Source: Vicugna vicugna
Lineage: Eukaryota
Reading direction: 5' to 3'
DNA length: 64,000 nucleotides
NCBI GenBank assembly: GCA_013265495.1
Contig: MU058658.1
Span: 495,059-559,058 of the forward strand
Shown here: positions 1 to 14,190 of the stretch, one piece after another
How positions within the stretch are numbered: position 1 is the stretch's first letter
Layout: each line of letters begins with the position of its first letter
Program-made: the position numbers and the translations under genes
The notes under the pieces: generated by a model
What the model was told of the DNA's origin: nothing
Database searches by the model: none
Seen by the model: only the letters and a program-made list of their open reading frames with translations

Positions 1-1334
1 TTGCGACATGAGCCCTGATAATACAGGTAGGAGGCATATTTTCGGAGGATTCCTGAAATAGTCAGTCCTTCTCACCTTCCTGATCCAGGAATGCCTGATT
101 GCTAACCTCTGTCTTCTTTGAAGTCTTCTTCCTGATGTAAATACACTGCTCATGAGACAGAGAAGGGCATGCTCAGCTCTTAACTACTGAGTATACACCT
201 ACTGTCTGATGGCAGCTTAGGATTCACAGTGTGCCAGTGTGTTGTAAATGAAGGAGGAAGTCCCTTTTGCTGGGATTTTAAGGATCATCCCAACAGGGCT
301 GCAGAAATTACACTTGCAGAAGCATGTGAAATTAAAGGATTTACTATACTCCTATGTCCTACTGATCGAGAGCACCGCACCCCACTCAAGATGCCCAAGG
401 ATTGTTGTCAACCAAGCAGATGGGGAGCCCAGAGAGAGAGTGAGGGCCCCCGGCAAGTGGCTTTATTGGGCATGGAGGAGGGGAATCCAGAGGCAAAAGG
501 CCTAGCGGTTGCACTGGAGTGTTTGCATGTCCCTGGGCCATGGTCAGGGAAGGGCAGGAAAAGGAACTTGTGACAGGGACCCGCCTTATCACACTGGTGC
601 ACCTCATCTGGGCCGAGTGCTCCCAGCTTGCTGGTGGGGACATCGACACATCAGAGAAGTTTGAAGTTTAGGGGATTTACAAAGCAATCCAACCTGTGAC
701 ACCTCAGCATCGTTAACAACATTGATTGGGAGGGACACCACTGGTCACCTGGGTTGTAGAGATGTTAAAGGTGAGTGGGACGGCTTGACTTCGCCACTCT
801 AGGTAAACTTTGATAAGGGTGACAACAAGGAAATGTCTTGTGAGCACATGATAAGAGTTTGGAACTCAGTGGATGAAGAACTGCGGGACTCCTCCGGGCA
901 CCCACTGCACATGGGGCTGTGGTTTCACCAGGGAAGAACTAGGGGGGTGTCAGCAAAGAAAAATATGCAAGGTGCTGTGAGTTTGGGCCACAATGGAAGC
1001 CAAAGATGCCACTACTTAGAGTGCAATGTGCCCATGAGCATGTGGTGGTGTGTTTATCCAAAGGGAAAGGGTGGCTGTGGTGGTCATGGTTGGAGATTGT
1101 GGTGAAAGCTGGGGGGGTCATAGGAAAAGACATTGGGAAGTGGGCGATCCTCTCCCTAGGGGGCCAAGGGGTTGACCGATAAGAGGCAGATCCTTCCTGG
1201 AGGAAACAGTAATTGCCATTAATTTTTGGAATGGCACAGATAGTGGCAGCCTCCACCAGATTAAGGCATGGGAGTGTAGGGGCGGATATTTTAGCAGAGA
1301 GTAAGGAATATTCCAGGGTCAAAGGCTAAATAAG

Positions 1335-1722
1335 CTTTTTTTAAAAAAAAAATTTTATTGGAGTGTAATTGATTTACAGTGTTAGTTTCAAGGGCACAGC
1401 AAGGTGATTCGGTTACACATACACATACATATATGCTTTTTCTTTTTAGATGCTTTTCCATTATATGTTACTACAAGAAATTGAATCTAGTTCCCTGTGC
1501 TGTACAGTCGGTCTTGTTTATCTGTTTTATATACAGTAGTGTGTGTCTGTTAATCCCCAACCCCTAATTTATCCCTCCTCACCCTTTCCCCTTTGGTGAC
1601 TATAGTTTGTTTTCTGTGTCCATGAGTCTGCTTTTGGTTTGTAAATAGAATTCGTATCATTTTTTTTTAGATTTCACATATAAATGATATCATATGATAT
1701 TCGCCTTTTTCTGTCTGACTTA
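1335..1722 (-). mobile_element. L1 3' end inserted in the ERV
   Basis: T-tract followed by L1 3'UTR sequence; flanked by CTAAATAAG repeats (TSD-like). Confidence 0.8.
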
Positions 1723-1938
1723 CTAAATAAGTAAGCTCTTAAGGAAGCTCAAGAACATAATGGAATCCCTAATATCAAAGGAAGAAATGCAAAAATGTCC
1801 TGTGTCCAGCCTGTGCCTTAGGGGACGCAGTCATGGGCATGGCCGAGGTGGAGGGTTTACTGTAAGGGCAAAGTCATTGTGGCTCTAGTGGGGTGTAGCC
1901 CAAGGCCAAGGTGGGCAACTGCTTCTGTCAGAAGCCTT

Positions 1939-2120
1939 TGGCGGGAGGGTGCAGCTCAGGTGGCAAAGCGCATGCTTAGCATGCACGAGGTCCTGGCTTC
2001 AATTCCCAGTACCTCCTCTAAACTGAACCTAATTACCTCGCCCAGTACCAAAGACAATGAATAACAACAATAAACAAATAAAATATAAAAAAAAAGTTGA
2101 ATAGTTAAAAAAAAAAAAAA
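1939..2120 (+). mobile_element. Vic-1-type tRNA-derived SINE
   Basis: GGGAGGGTGCAGCTCAGGTGG (A box) ... GGCTTCAATTCCC (B box), AACCTAATTACCTC and an A-rich tail; TSD-like AAGCCTTTGG/AAGCCCTTGG. Confidence 0.9.
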
Positions 2121-3714
2121 GCCCTTGGAAAACTTCCGGCCATCATATATGTCCCTGTTGGGCCATATTAATTATTTTAACCGCGTGTTCATGAGGTCCC
2201 ATTTATTAAGCCACTCTGTGTCAAAAGCTTTAATTTAATTTTATTTTATTATTCATTATGTTAGAGTGTCTCTGCCCAGTGTGGAATGTTTTAGGGCAGT
2301 GGGACTATGACTATGGAAAATTTAGGCAAGGCTCCAGTTAAAGTGAGGAATTACCAATTTTTTCTACTTTCTATTTAGTCTCTTTCTTGAGGTTACAGGG
2401 CATACAAGATTTAAATTTAGTGGGATCCCAGAGAGAACTACAAGTTGAGCCCAGTATTAAGTTCAGAAAGTTTTGTCAATTGGTGCATGTTAGCAAATGT
2501 TAACTTTTTAATAGGAGTTTTTTAGTATATAAATGTTGAGTTTCCAATTGTATCCAATTATGGAAACTTGTTTTACCTCACTCATATTTACACTATAACA
2601 CATGCATACATACATAAACACACGATTTAATTTATTTATTTAATTACCTTTTATTTTTCTCTCCTGTACCTAGGGGTTTGTTTTTAAGTCAGTAAGTAAC
2701 CTAGAGCGAGCTTTATCTTCGCTCTACCTGGAGTTCGCAGAGTTCCCTCCCACACAATCTTAAGCTCACAGCTGCCTAAAGTGACGTTCTATTTTACTTT
2801 CTTTTTTTTTGTTTGTTTGTTTCTTTCTTTTTTTTCTTCTTCTTCCAAATTAAAGCTTTTAACCTCCTGAAGCCGTGGTCCTTAGCTGCTGTCTCCGGTT
2901 TATAAGCAGAAAAGGGGGAGGAGGAAGGGCCCTGATCGCTCTAAGAAGTAGCCTCTCCCTGGGGAAGCCCCGACCACAGGATAATGAGTCTTTTTCTGGG
3001 CTTTAAAAAAGTGGCAAATCTTTTAAAATGGCTTTTATCCCTAGGCGGCTGAGTCTTTAAAAGTCTTTCTGGTCTTTAAAAAAAAAAGTGGCAAATCTTT
3101 TAAAATGGCTTTTATCTCTAGGCGGCTGAGTCCCGCCCCCTTCTTGCTGGATCTGGTCCTTTCTAGGGGTCCGCAGGGGCCCGCTGTGAGCCTTGGTCTC
3201 TTCTTCCAGGGCATCCCCTAAGGGGGCCGGTGGACAAGAGCGCCTTAAGAGGGATGCGGTGGGGAGGAGGCGCCGGGCGGCCTGACCCTTCCCAGGTCGG
3301 GGAGCCCTCGGGAGGGCCAGTGAGTGCCGTGCGCATCCGAGGGCCCCTCCTGGGGACTTTCCCCAGGGTTTAGGTCCTCACGTCCCTGTCACCGATCTTG
3401 CTCTGAGAGGAGGAGTAAGTCCCCCTGGTGGGATATTTAAGGATCATTCCAACACGGCGGAAGAAATTACACTTACGGAGGCGTGTGAAATTAAGGAATT
3501 TATTATACTCACAGGTCCTAGAGGAGGAAGGGCAGATGCAGACCCAGGGGCCAGGTGGGAGGAGCGCATGGAGGCCCAGAGAGACACAGACGGAGACAGG
3601 CATGCGAGGGCAAGAAGGCAGACGTGTCAGCCTTATCACACTGGTGCATTTGGTGTTCAGTCTGTTTGTGAGGCTGTTGAAACATCAGGAAGTTTTAAAA
3701 ATTGACCATACTCA

Positions 3715-3740
3715 GTGTGTGTGTGTGTGTGTGTGTGTGT
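3715..3740. repeat. (GT)n microsatellite
   Basis: Direct reading. Confidence 0.95.
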
Positions 3741-3799
3741 TGTTTCATTGAAAACAATGAAATCTGAGGGACCACATTGCGCTATAGGTATCTTGGTTA

Positions 3800-3925
3800 A
3801 GGGGGTCGTAGTTAGAGTGATTTGATTGCTTGATTGATTTAAATGCAGGTTTTGGGGATTGAGCCCAGGACCTAGTACACACTAAGCATGCACTCTACCA
3901 TTGAACTATATACTCTCTCCTCCAT
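3800..3925 (-). mobile_element. Degenerate Vic-1-type SINE
   Basis: GGGGATTGAGCCCAGGACC...CTAAGCATGCACTCTACCATTGAACTATA. Confidence 0.8.
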
Positions 3926-4351
3926 AGATGTCTTTAATAGTACATTTCTTAAAACAAACAAACAAACAAAAAAACAAGAAAAAACCTCTGTGATAACCAT
4001 GAGACTGAAAACCTCTGCTTTCTTTCTGTTTGTGTAAGGTTCCCTTTATTGTGTCTGTAACATTATGACTTTAGAAGATGTGGGTGGCCAATGCAAAGGA
4101 GGTTGAAGTTCATCTCCTATTTAGAAAAATAGAAGATATGTTAAATTTAATAAGTATTAAAAGGCTGCAAGTGTTGGAGAACAGGATTGACCAGGAATTG
4201 TAGATAAGTTAAGCTCTGAATATTACCCAGTCATGTCGACAGATGTAAAAGTTCTTTGATAGATGCTAACTTGGCACCCCTTTTGGATTTGTTGGGATTT
4301 CTAAAACTTTCATCCCTTTGAGCCTTTGATCAGTGATAATCTAGTTTGTTC

Positions 4352-4504
4352 TTTGTTTAATTTAATTTTTAAATTATTTTTATTTTTAGAGGGGGAGGTA
4401 AGTAGGTTTATTTATTTACTTTCAGTGGAGGCACTGGGGGTTGAACCCAAGACCTCGTGCATACTAAGCGTGCAGTCTACCACTGAGCTCTGCCCTACCC
4501 CAGC
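4352..4504 (-). mobile_element. Vic-1-type SINE
   Basis: Reverse-complement SINE body; TSD CTAGTTTGTTCT/CTAGTGTGTTCT. Confidence 0.9.
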
Positions 4505-5755
4505 CTAGTGTGTTCTAACTGCTTAAATCCCAGCCAGAAGAACTGTGACTTGGGGATTTTCTTATTATTGTCCTGAAAAAAAAAAACCATGTACCTAACT
4601 TAGTCCCAAGTTGTGCCTCCACAGTGACTACTTTGGTCAAGGCAATGAAGTGGGACTCTGTCTGCCCGTGAATGACTTCAGTTCTTAGAAGGCATGTTCC
4701 TCTCAGATTCACAGGGATTCAGGAAAACTTTGTAGATTTAATTCACCTTTGTATTTTTAAATTTTGATGTATTTCACCTTACATAAATCGTACATTTTTA
4801 AATGCTCTCATTTAGTTAAATTATCTTAACGTCTATTTTTTGCATTGCTTGCTAAGTATTTGCCATAACTCTCGTTTTAAGAAACACCTACACCTCTGTA
4901 TGGTTTATTTATGTGTTCAATGACCACTTGCCAGAGCTGTGAATAACAAACAAGCAGAGTCCTTGTTTATGTTTTCTCTTCTGGCTACTCTAAATGTCCT
5001 CTTTAAGTCCTCCAAGCTGATTTTGCTCAATGTGCTTATGAATGAAAAGCAATCACGTTTTGGAGGTAGTATTCTCAGTGACCACGTTTCTAGCACAGTC
5101 ACATTTTCAACTGCTTTCTGGTCCTCTCAGACTTCAGTGCGTTCTCAAATTTCATTGAGGCCTGAAATGTTTTACCCTTCACTGATGTTTCCCCAGACTT
5201 TCTGCCACTTTCTTTAAAGAACAATATAAACATTATTAATAATGTTCTGTCATTTTTATTTCAAAACTTTCTGAGATAGTCTGAACTCCCTTTGCAGAAC
5301 TGTCCCTTCAGTAATAGGAGTAATCATCATTCCCCAGCAAGGCAGTGAGATCATGGGGTTTGGATGCTTCTTAATATTGGGGTTCAGATGCCCCTTTTGC
5401 ACATGTGCTGTGAGTGTGAAAACCACAGTCACTGTTCCAGGCCAGAACAGCATTTGGTTAGTTGGTCTCCACTTGCAATTCATGTCAGATCCTTCGAAGG
5501 AACTGAATGTATCTTAGACTATGGCGAAAGAAATATCATGTGGATAAAACAGTGCTCTTCACTGGGTAGGACACAATCAGCAAATATACATGCAGAAGAG
5601 ATGTTTTCTGTGGGAACTAGAAGTGGAGTTTCACCCTTGTCCACCTGCTTCCAGGCAGCCCAGCGTCTGTTTTCTGTCCTCCTGTCACAGCCCCATCTAG
5701 AGACTTTTCCTCTTGTTCCTGACCAAACTACTGAAAGGCACGGACCTGACACTAA

Positions 5756-6188
5756 TGCTTCAGGTTGCATGCATGTGAAGAACAATAAGGAACAGCTGTG
5801 AGTCAAGTCTATTCTGTATCTTACTGAGAACTCTAGCCCAGGAGACGGCGGCCTCTTAGAGAGCTCTGAGAAACTTCCGAAGGGAGGTCAATGTGTATGT
5901 GACTTTGGAGTCAGCAACCACACACCCATGGGTGGAAGGATGCTGCTGGACACGGGGAATCATCGTTAATGGTTTTAGTGCTTGTCTAAGTACAGGAAGA
6001 TGTAAGAATCTGGGTTCATAAGAATTTTTTCTTCCAAAGAGTTAACTGAAGGCCTGTCTGTCAGTTTTCCCGGAGCACAGAGCGCTTCATCCTGATCTGA
6101 ACTCCTTTCCGTGTGCCAAAGGTGAGTGACTGCCGTGGCTAATGACAGCCCTTACAGAGCCAGGTGGCTAGCAACAGTCTAGTTGGCA
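5756..6188 (-). mobile_element. Solo LTR (ERV1-like)
   Basis: TG...CA ends with a 4-bp TSD CTAA; related to the LTRs at 43623 and 51748. Strand inferred from those relatives. Confidence 0.7.
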
Positions 6189-6479
6189 CTAAGCATGTGC
6201 ATATTTCATGTTCAGATGACTTACACGCTTATTTTCCCATTTGTATCTGTAGACTTTAGGAGCCTGTAAAATACAGTTTTTAGTCTGCTTGAACGTGCTT
6301 CATGGGGTCGGAAACAGCATTTCTTAAAACTTTAGTGATCACTTGCACACACAACTCCCCGTCGGTCTGCGTGTAGCCACCTTGAGAAGTAAGGAAAGCC
6401 AACCCTCCAACCTTCTCAGCCCCCTGGCGTTGCTGTTGGGCCTTTGCGTTTGTGGGGGTGGGACCACGCCCACCCTAGA

Positions 6480-7030
6480 GCGTTCTGGGAACTGCATTTC
6501 CCAGAGGACTCTGCGCCAAGACGCCCCTCGTATGAGCCAATGAAAACCCAGGAAAAGGCATTTCCGTGCGTGCGCTGTGCTTCGGGGCGGGGCTTCCGGC
6601 CTCCTCGCTGTGGCGGCTGTTTTAACTGCTCTGGGTCTGTTCCGCCCCGGAGGGCAGAGTCCGGCCTGAGGTGACGGGACTGAGAAGGTCGAGAGGAGCC
6701 GTTGTCCACGGGGCACCGAGGCGGGTTCGAGGCCCCGCGACGCCGCTCGGGGACCCCCGCCCCCCCGCCCCCTCCTCCCACACCGCCCTCTCCCTCCGGA
6801 CACGAGAGCCCCGAGTGCGGGGCGGCTGCTCGCGTGCCTGCGGCCCGGGCCCCGGGGTCCAGGCCTGGGAGGTGGTGGAGGGCGGGGCCGTGTTTCTGAC
6901 AGACGGCGTGACGGCGCGGGGAGAGGCCCCCAGGCGGGGGGAACCCGCAGGTGCGGAGGCCTGGAGGCGAGAGGATTCGGGAAACCTGGTGTCGGTCTCG
7001 TATCCACGTGGAGCAGAGCGTGTGAGGTGG
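6480..7030 (+). promoter_or_regulatory. CpG-island promoter and exon 1 of the KRAB-ZNF pseudogene
   Basis: CpG-dense; ZNF143-type motif AACTGCATTTCCCAGAGG (6490-6507); GC box and ETS-type CTTCCGG (~6585-6598); candidate donor GAG|GTGACG at 6670/6671. Confidence 0.75.
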
Positions 7031-7779
7031 AGCCACACCTAGACTGTCAGGCTGAGAGCTTTGTCCTCCGTTCTGAGGGCCCTGGGAGCCGTGGAGGGTT
7101 GTGAAGAGAAGAGGGACATGGCCTGATTTAGGGCTTTAAAAGTTTCCCAAGAGTTAGAGGGAAAACAGATTGGAATAGGAGTGATGAGGAAAACGAGTCT
7201 CAGGGAGGTTGAGTCCTTGTCCAGCACAGAACTGGGAAGAGGCAACGCTTTGGACTAAAGCAGAGTTTAGTCTTTTAAGCACAAAGTCGTCTGGTGTCCA
7301 GGGCTAGGGAGAGGTGCCGGGGAGCCTGGAGCTCCCCGGAATACACCATGATCCCCAGCTCTATGGCTTGCTTCTGCCCATGGGTCCCCTTTGGCTGAAG
7401 AAGTACTTGTGGGACCTACACAGGGAGGTGGAGGGTGACCCAGGCCCTCACTGGTTTGGATCCCACGCAGATGCACTTGGCATTGTGGTGTCCTGGGATT
7501 ATTCACCCGCCATTCTCCCAGCCCTTGGTTTTGGGGACCTGGGAGAAATCCTCTAGACTCCTTCTGAGTCCAGGCGGTGGATTTCATGGCGGAGTTGCTA
7601 TTTCTGACCACCAGTGACAGAAGGTGAAGAACAGGAACAGGTACCAGCATGCGCAGTTGTTTGGTGGTGTGTCCGAGCTGGGAACAGGGCGCAGCAGTTC
7701 TCCTTCTTTTAGGAACAGAGATCAGTGGGGTAGGAGTCAGGCTTGTGGCTGTTTGAGAATTTAGGCATCTTTGTGGTGT

Positions 7780-8270
7780 AATGGGAAATTTGGAACAGAG
7801 GAGGAGGGTGATCTAACTTAGGTCTAAACAGGCTCCTTCTGGCTGCAGAGTGGAAAACAGACTTTGAGGGTGAGGAAGGAGGAAGGATGACCAGGGAGAC
7901 TACTGCAGTAGTTCTGGTGAGTGTTCACGGACCAAAGGACTGGCTGTGGGGTGGAAGGAGCGATTGGGTTCTGGATCCATTTTTTAAAGAAGGGCTGCCT
8001 AGATGTTCTGAGTTTGAGGCTGAGAAAGGTAAGAGTCAGGGATGACACACTGAAATTATGATCTTAGCCGCTGAAAGACTGGAAGCTTCATTAACTGAGA
8101 TGAGATGATCAGTAGTAGTAAGAGTGATTTTCAACAGGGATAACAGGACTTTTGTGTTTGGCTGTGTCAAGATTCTGAGAAACTTGAGAGAACAAATGGG
8201 TGGTGGCATCAAGTGGGCAGCTGGACACAGAGGTCTGGAAATCTGCAGTGTGGTTCTGGATGGAGACATC
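7780..8270 (-). mobile_element. L2 fragment
   Basis: Old L2-like text (CTGGCTGCAGAGTGGAAAACAGAC..., GAGTCAGGGATGACAC). Confidence 0.6.
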
Positions 8271-9387
8271 TAACAGTGGTGGCTGGTGTCCTACCAGGGT
8301 GGAGCTGTGGATTGTACTGAGAAGGTGGAATTAGGTCATAGCAGTAATGTTATTAGCAGCTCAGAAAGAAGTGTATGAGTTCCGAGCCCTGGATCTGTTG
8401 CTTGGGTACCTGGTTGGAGGTTATGAGCATCATAAATGCAGATGTGAAAGAGAGGTAGCCATGAGGGGAGTAAGTGGGAAGTCTGTGTGGGGCAAGTGAT
8501 CATGGCAGGTGTCCAGGACTTCCAAAGGAAGAGTAGACATGAGGCAGAGGACTAATTGAGATAAGACACATTTGCTAGAATTTTGTGGTGAACTTTGGTG
8601 GGATGCAGGGTGTTTCAGTTTTGCTGGTAGAGACGTCATGGGCAAATATGATAATCTGTGGGATCACTGTGCTTGGTGTGGGTACCGATGTGGCTGGGGT
8701 TTAATGATGGATAGGCGGAGAGAGGAGGGTTGTGGTTGCTGACACAGCCCAGGAGTGAGAGAGGGTTATGGGCACCTGAGTTCTCACATGGATCTGTGTG
8801 TCTAATGTTGAAATATAAACTAGAGACATGCAGAGAGGCCTTCAGAGCAGCATCCAGGGCTCCCCTGGTGGTGGGTTCCATCAGAAGTCTTCCTTGGGTA
8901 GAACTGGATTCTCTTCAAATTTGCCACATTCTCTAGGGTGAGTCCAGGGAGGTGACTATGGTTTGGGGCAGGGAATTGGCAGTGGCAATGCAACTGTGGG
9001 GTCTGAAGATGTAAGAAAGACACATATGGGGAGAGGGAGCATTTGTTGATGGCCTCTGGGCCTGGTACAGGACTTAAAGGTGATGGGTGACCCCAGATTT
9101 TATTTTGAGGCATGATGTAGAAGACTGCATGGATTGCCTGGCATGAAGAGATGGGGCGCCGCAGTCCAGTCCTTGAGCTTAGATGACATCTCTCTGCCTG
9201 TGGTTGCTGAGGGCTGGACACAGTGGTTAGTGGAACCATGAGGAGAGACAGTGACAATGGCATAGGTCCTGTGTCTCATCTGAGATGCGGAGCCAGGGAG
9301 GAACTTGGGCATGGGGTAGGTGTGTGCAGGGTGGATTGTGGGTCCTCAGGAGGGAGGCTGTGGTTTCATCTGTCTCCGTCACGACAG

Positions 9388-9514
9388 AGCAGTGGGACTT
9401 CAGAGGACATTGCCGTGCGCTTCTCCTGGGAGCAATGGAGTCTCCTTGATGAGGCTCAGAGACGCCTGTAGCACGGGGTCATGCTGGAGAACTGTGCGCT
9501 TACATCTTCACTGG
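9388..9514 (+). pseudogene. KRAB-A exon with an in-frame stop
   Basis: AG|...|GT exon of the canonical 127 bp: SSGTSEDIAVRFSWEQWSLLDEAQRRL*HGVMLENCALTSSLG. TAG at 9469-9471 replaces the conserved Tyr. Confidence 0.92.
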
Positions 9515-10004
9515 GTAAGGCCTGCACACCCACCCCTGTGACCTGGGCTAGATGCTGCCTTTCTGCTCTTCCTTGGGGGCTGCTCCGACCTTCCTGCATC
9601 TGACCCTGGGCTGGGGGGGGACTACTCCTTTCCTAGTTTTCTGGGTAGATGCTGTTGTTGCTGGGACTGAGTTGTTTTCACCGCCCTTTTCCCTCCTTCC
9701 AGCCCCAGCTCCTGCAGCCTCAAAGCCTGGTAGGAAGCTGGATGGATCCCACCTTGCTTCCTCTCCCTGCTTGAGTGACTGTCCAGGTCCATGATACCTA
9801 TGTTTTGCTCCGTTCTTCTGACAGTTCTTTCATGCCTGCCTGTGGCAGGAATTGCCATCACCTACATGCATCGTGAGCTGTTTTTGTGAGACCCTCGTCT
9901 GGGGTTCTTTTTCTAACATTTAGTTTTCTTTTCTGTGATATGTCACGTGATAAGTTGCTGTGGGTTCGTACTGGTCACTTCCACCTATCCCGTCTTTCCC
10001 TTAG

Positions 10005-10115
10005 GACTTGGATTTTCTAAGTCCCAACTAAGCTTGCAAGGGCTAGTTCTGGGTGCTTCAAATGGATACCACTCCTGGCCTGGTAAGATGGGCTAGAGGG
10101 GGTCTGGCTCTGCTG
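10005..10115 (+). pseudogene. Decayed KRAB-B exon remnant
   Basis: TCTTTCCCTTAG|GACTTG acceptor and similarity to the paralogous remnant at 30244-30358. Confidence 0.5.
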
Positions 10116-10249
10116 AGCGAGGACATGACATGGCTGTGTTCACATCATACCAGGAACCTGTTTAAACTAGTGTTTTGGTGCCCTTGCTGGATGACACACC
10201 TCATTTCCATCTTTTCTTCCCCATTCTTTATACTTGACCAGCTTGTCTT

Positions 10250-11720
10250 TTCTTTTTTTTTTTTTTTTTAGTTGAAGTAGTCAGTTACAATGTGTTAATC
10301 TCTGGTACACAGCACAATGTCCCAGTCATGCAGATACATACATATATTTGTTTTCATAATCTTTTTCATTAAAGGTTATTACGAGGTATTGAGTATAGTT
10401 CCCTGTAGTATACAGAAGAAATTTGTTTTTTAATGCTTTTATATGTAGTAGTTAATATTTGCAAATCACGAACTCCTAAATTTATCCCTTCACATTCCCC
10501 TTCCCCCCAGTAACCGTAAGGATTTTTACTATGTGAGTCTGTTTCTGTTTTGTAGATGAGTTTCTTAGTGTCTTCTTTTTTCTTTTTTAGATTCCACATA
10601 TGAGTATCATATGGTATTTTTCTTTTTCTTTCTTTCTCGCTTACGTAGAATGACAATCTCCAGGTTCATCCATGTTGCTGCAGATGGCATTATTTTGGTT
10701 TTTATGGCTGAGTAGTATTCCACTGTATAAATATACCGCAACTTTATCCAGTCATCTGTTGATGGACATTTAGGTTGTTTCCATGTCTTGCCTATTGTAA
10801 ATAGTGCTGCTATGAACAGTGAGGTGTGTGTATCTTTTCGAACTAGAGTTCCTGCAGATATATACCCTGGAATGGGTTTGCTGGATCATATGGTAAGTCT
10901 ATTTTGGGGAATCTCCATACTGCTTTCCATAATGGCTGGACCAAACTACATTCCCACCAACAGTGTAGGAGGGGTCCCTTTTCTCCACAGCCTCTCCAGC
11001 ATTTATTGTTTGTGGGCTTGTGAATGATGGCCATTCTGACTGGTGTAAGGTGATACCTCATTGTAGTTTTGATTTGATTTGCATTTCTAATTAGCAATAT
11101 TGAGTATTTTTTTCATGTGCTTATTGGCCATTTGTATGTCTTCATTGGAGAACTGCTTGTTTAGGTCTTCTGCCCATTTTTGGATTGGGTTGTTTGTTTT
11201 TTTATTATTAAGATGTATAAGCTGTTTATATATTCTGGAAATTAAGCCTTTGTTGGCCGCATCGTTTGCAGATATTTTCTCCCAGTCCATAGACTGTCGT
11301 TTTGTTTTGCTTATGGTTTCCTTTGCTGTGCAAAAGCTTCTAAGTGCAATTAGGCCCCTTTTGTTTATTTTTGCTTTTATTTCGATTGCCTGGGTAGACT
11401 GCCCTAGGAGAACATTGCTGAGTTGTATGTCAGAGAATGTTTTGCCTATGTTTTCTTCTAGGAGGTTTATCGTGTCCTGTCTTATGTTTAAGTCTTCAAG
11501 CCATTTTGAGTTTATTTTTGTGTATGGAGTGAGGGAGTGTTCTAACTTCATTGATTTACATGCTGCCGTCTAGTTTTCCCAACACCACTTGCTGAAGAGA
11601 CTGCCTTTTCTCCATTGTATGTTCATGGCTCCTTTTTCGAAGATTAATTGACCGTAGGTCTGTGGGTTTGTTTCTGGACTCTCTATTCTGTTCCATTGAT
11701 CCATACATCTGTTTTTGTTG
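10250..11720 (-). mobile_element. 5'-truncated L1 (ORF2 3' part and 3'UTR)
   Basis: Minus ORFs [11 protein letters not shown]... and [14 protein letters not shown]...CWWEC; poly-T start; TSD CCAGCTTGTC/CCAGCTTCTC. Confidence 0.97.
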
Positions 11721-12238
11721 GCCAGCTTCTCATTTTAACTCTGACTTCTAGACCCTGGCTACTCTTGACTTTCCTGCCTCTATCCATTACCCATTCCTCT
11801 CTACTGCTGCCTCTGTAATATTCTCCAGCATCGGCTCGCAGTGAACAGGTTGTGGGCAGATATCCTTAATAGCCCTTGAACACCACTTACCACGTGCAGT
11901 CGGCTTTTTCTATTCCTAGACAGAAAACTTCTGCACGACACTCACGTGTAGTGGTAGCTGAAAGTCATCCTCAGAGGAGGGGGTTGAAAACTGCCTGCCT
12001 CTCCTCACTGTGCTGTGTCCCATTCTTAGGTTTTTCATTTTGTGAGGCTTCCCTACTTCTGTGACTTTTTCGATCCTAGTGCTTCAAAACAGCCTGTTCC
12101 CCATCCTGACTTAACCTCCCTCCTCCTGAATACAACCTTATGTATTCATTCTTTGATGTGTCAGGCACACGTTTGTGATGTGGCTGCCACCTATCCCCAA
12201 AGACAACATGTACTTAACTCACACTTCTCTGTTTTCAG

Positions 12239-13400
<1,162 letters not shown>

Positions 13401-14190
13401 GAGAAAACGTTCAGTCAACACCAAAATTTCACAACTCAGGTAAGTTTTATGAATTCAGCACATGTGCAAAAGCCTCCTGCTTGCAGGAATCTACACAAAA
13501 TAACGGCCTTAGACTTTAAGGAACGTGCTCTTTCTTTGTTCAGTGAGAGCCTCTGTGAGGAACCATCTGCCATGAGTTCCAGGTATGTGAGAAGTCTTCA
13601 GGGGCTACGCCTCATATTTTATCTGCTCAGAGCCCTGGCCGTAAGTCACTGCCTGGTTCTGTGGCAGAAGTCATCTCACCTCTTCCACCTGGCAGGCCCT
13701 CTAGTGTGCAGTCGTCACCACAGCACGCTCAGAGGAGAGAGGTGTTTGCTCTGTCTCCCATTCTCTAGAGGAGCTTGCAGTCTGAGCCCCTAGAGGATTC
13801 CCCTTCTTTTCTCTCTGACTAGTTATGGCATGGATCTGACCCACTTTTGGCCCCAAAGATCCAGTCTAGGAACTGCTGGTGGCTTGTAAAGTTTTACCTT
13901 CTTCGTGGCATTGTTGGTCTTAGGTGATACTTTTGATGGATGTTCTAGCTCCCAGGTCAGCAACCTGGGAATTGGCTGCTGCACAGTGCTCTGGTTCGTG
14001 CAATAGTAAAAGTCTTATTGTTTAAGTCACCTTTAATCTTAAGATTTTTATTCACTATGTGGAGGTGGTTTGAAAACAGTATTTGACTCTGCTGGTGTGA
14101 ACGGGTAGATAGCTTTCATGAGGGCCTCAGAAGGGACAGTGTGATGTCAGAAAATCTCTGGCTAGTTTTTGCCTAAGCTGTATTCCTGTC

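Larger units (their letters stand above)
240..3714 (-). mobile_element. Internally deleted ERV (class III/ERVL-like) with two diverged LTR-like ends (~240-690 and ~3395-3714), a leader and a protease remnant
   Basis: 260-660 and 3420-3700 are homologous (shared AAGGATCAT.CCAAC..GAAATTACACTT, CCTTATCACACTGGTGCA). Minus-strand AATAAA at ~3500. PBS-like CGGTGACAGGGACG on minus at ~3380-3394. Minus strand at ~2410-2460 gives a frameshifted L(N)TGAQLVVLSGDPTKFK, a DTG protease remnant. Boundaries are approximate and there is no clean TSD. Confidence 0.6.

Noticed and set aside
939..1322. 127-aa minus-strand ORF as an env remnant
   Set aside because: The position fits, but I see no furin site, fusion peptide or CX6CC motif.
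1939..2020. tRNA-like sequences with A and B boxes here and at about ten other sites
   Set aside because: They carry SINE-specific 3' extensions, A-rich tails and TSDs, so they are SINEs rather than tRNA genes.
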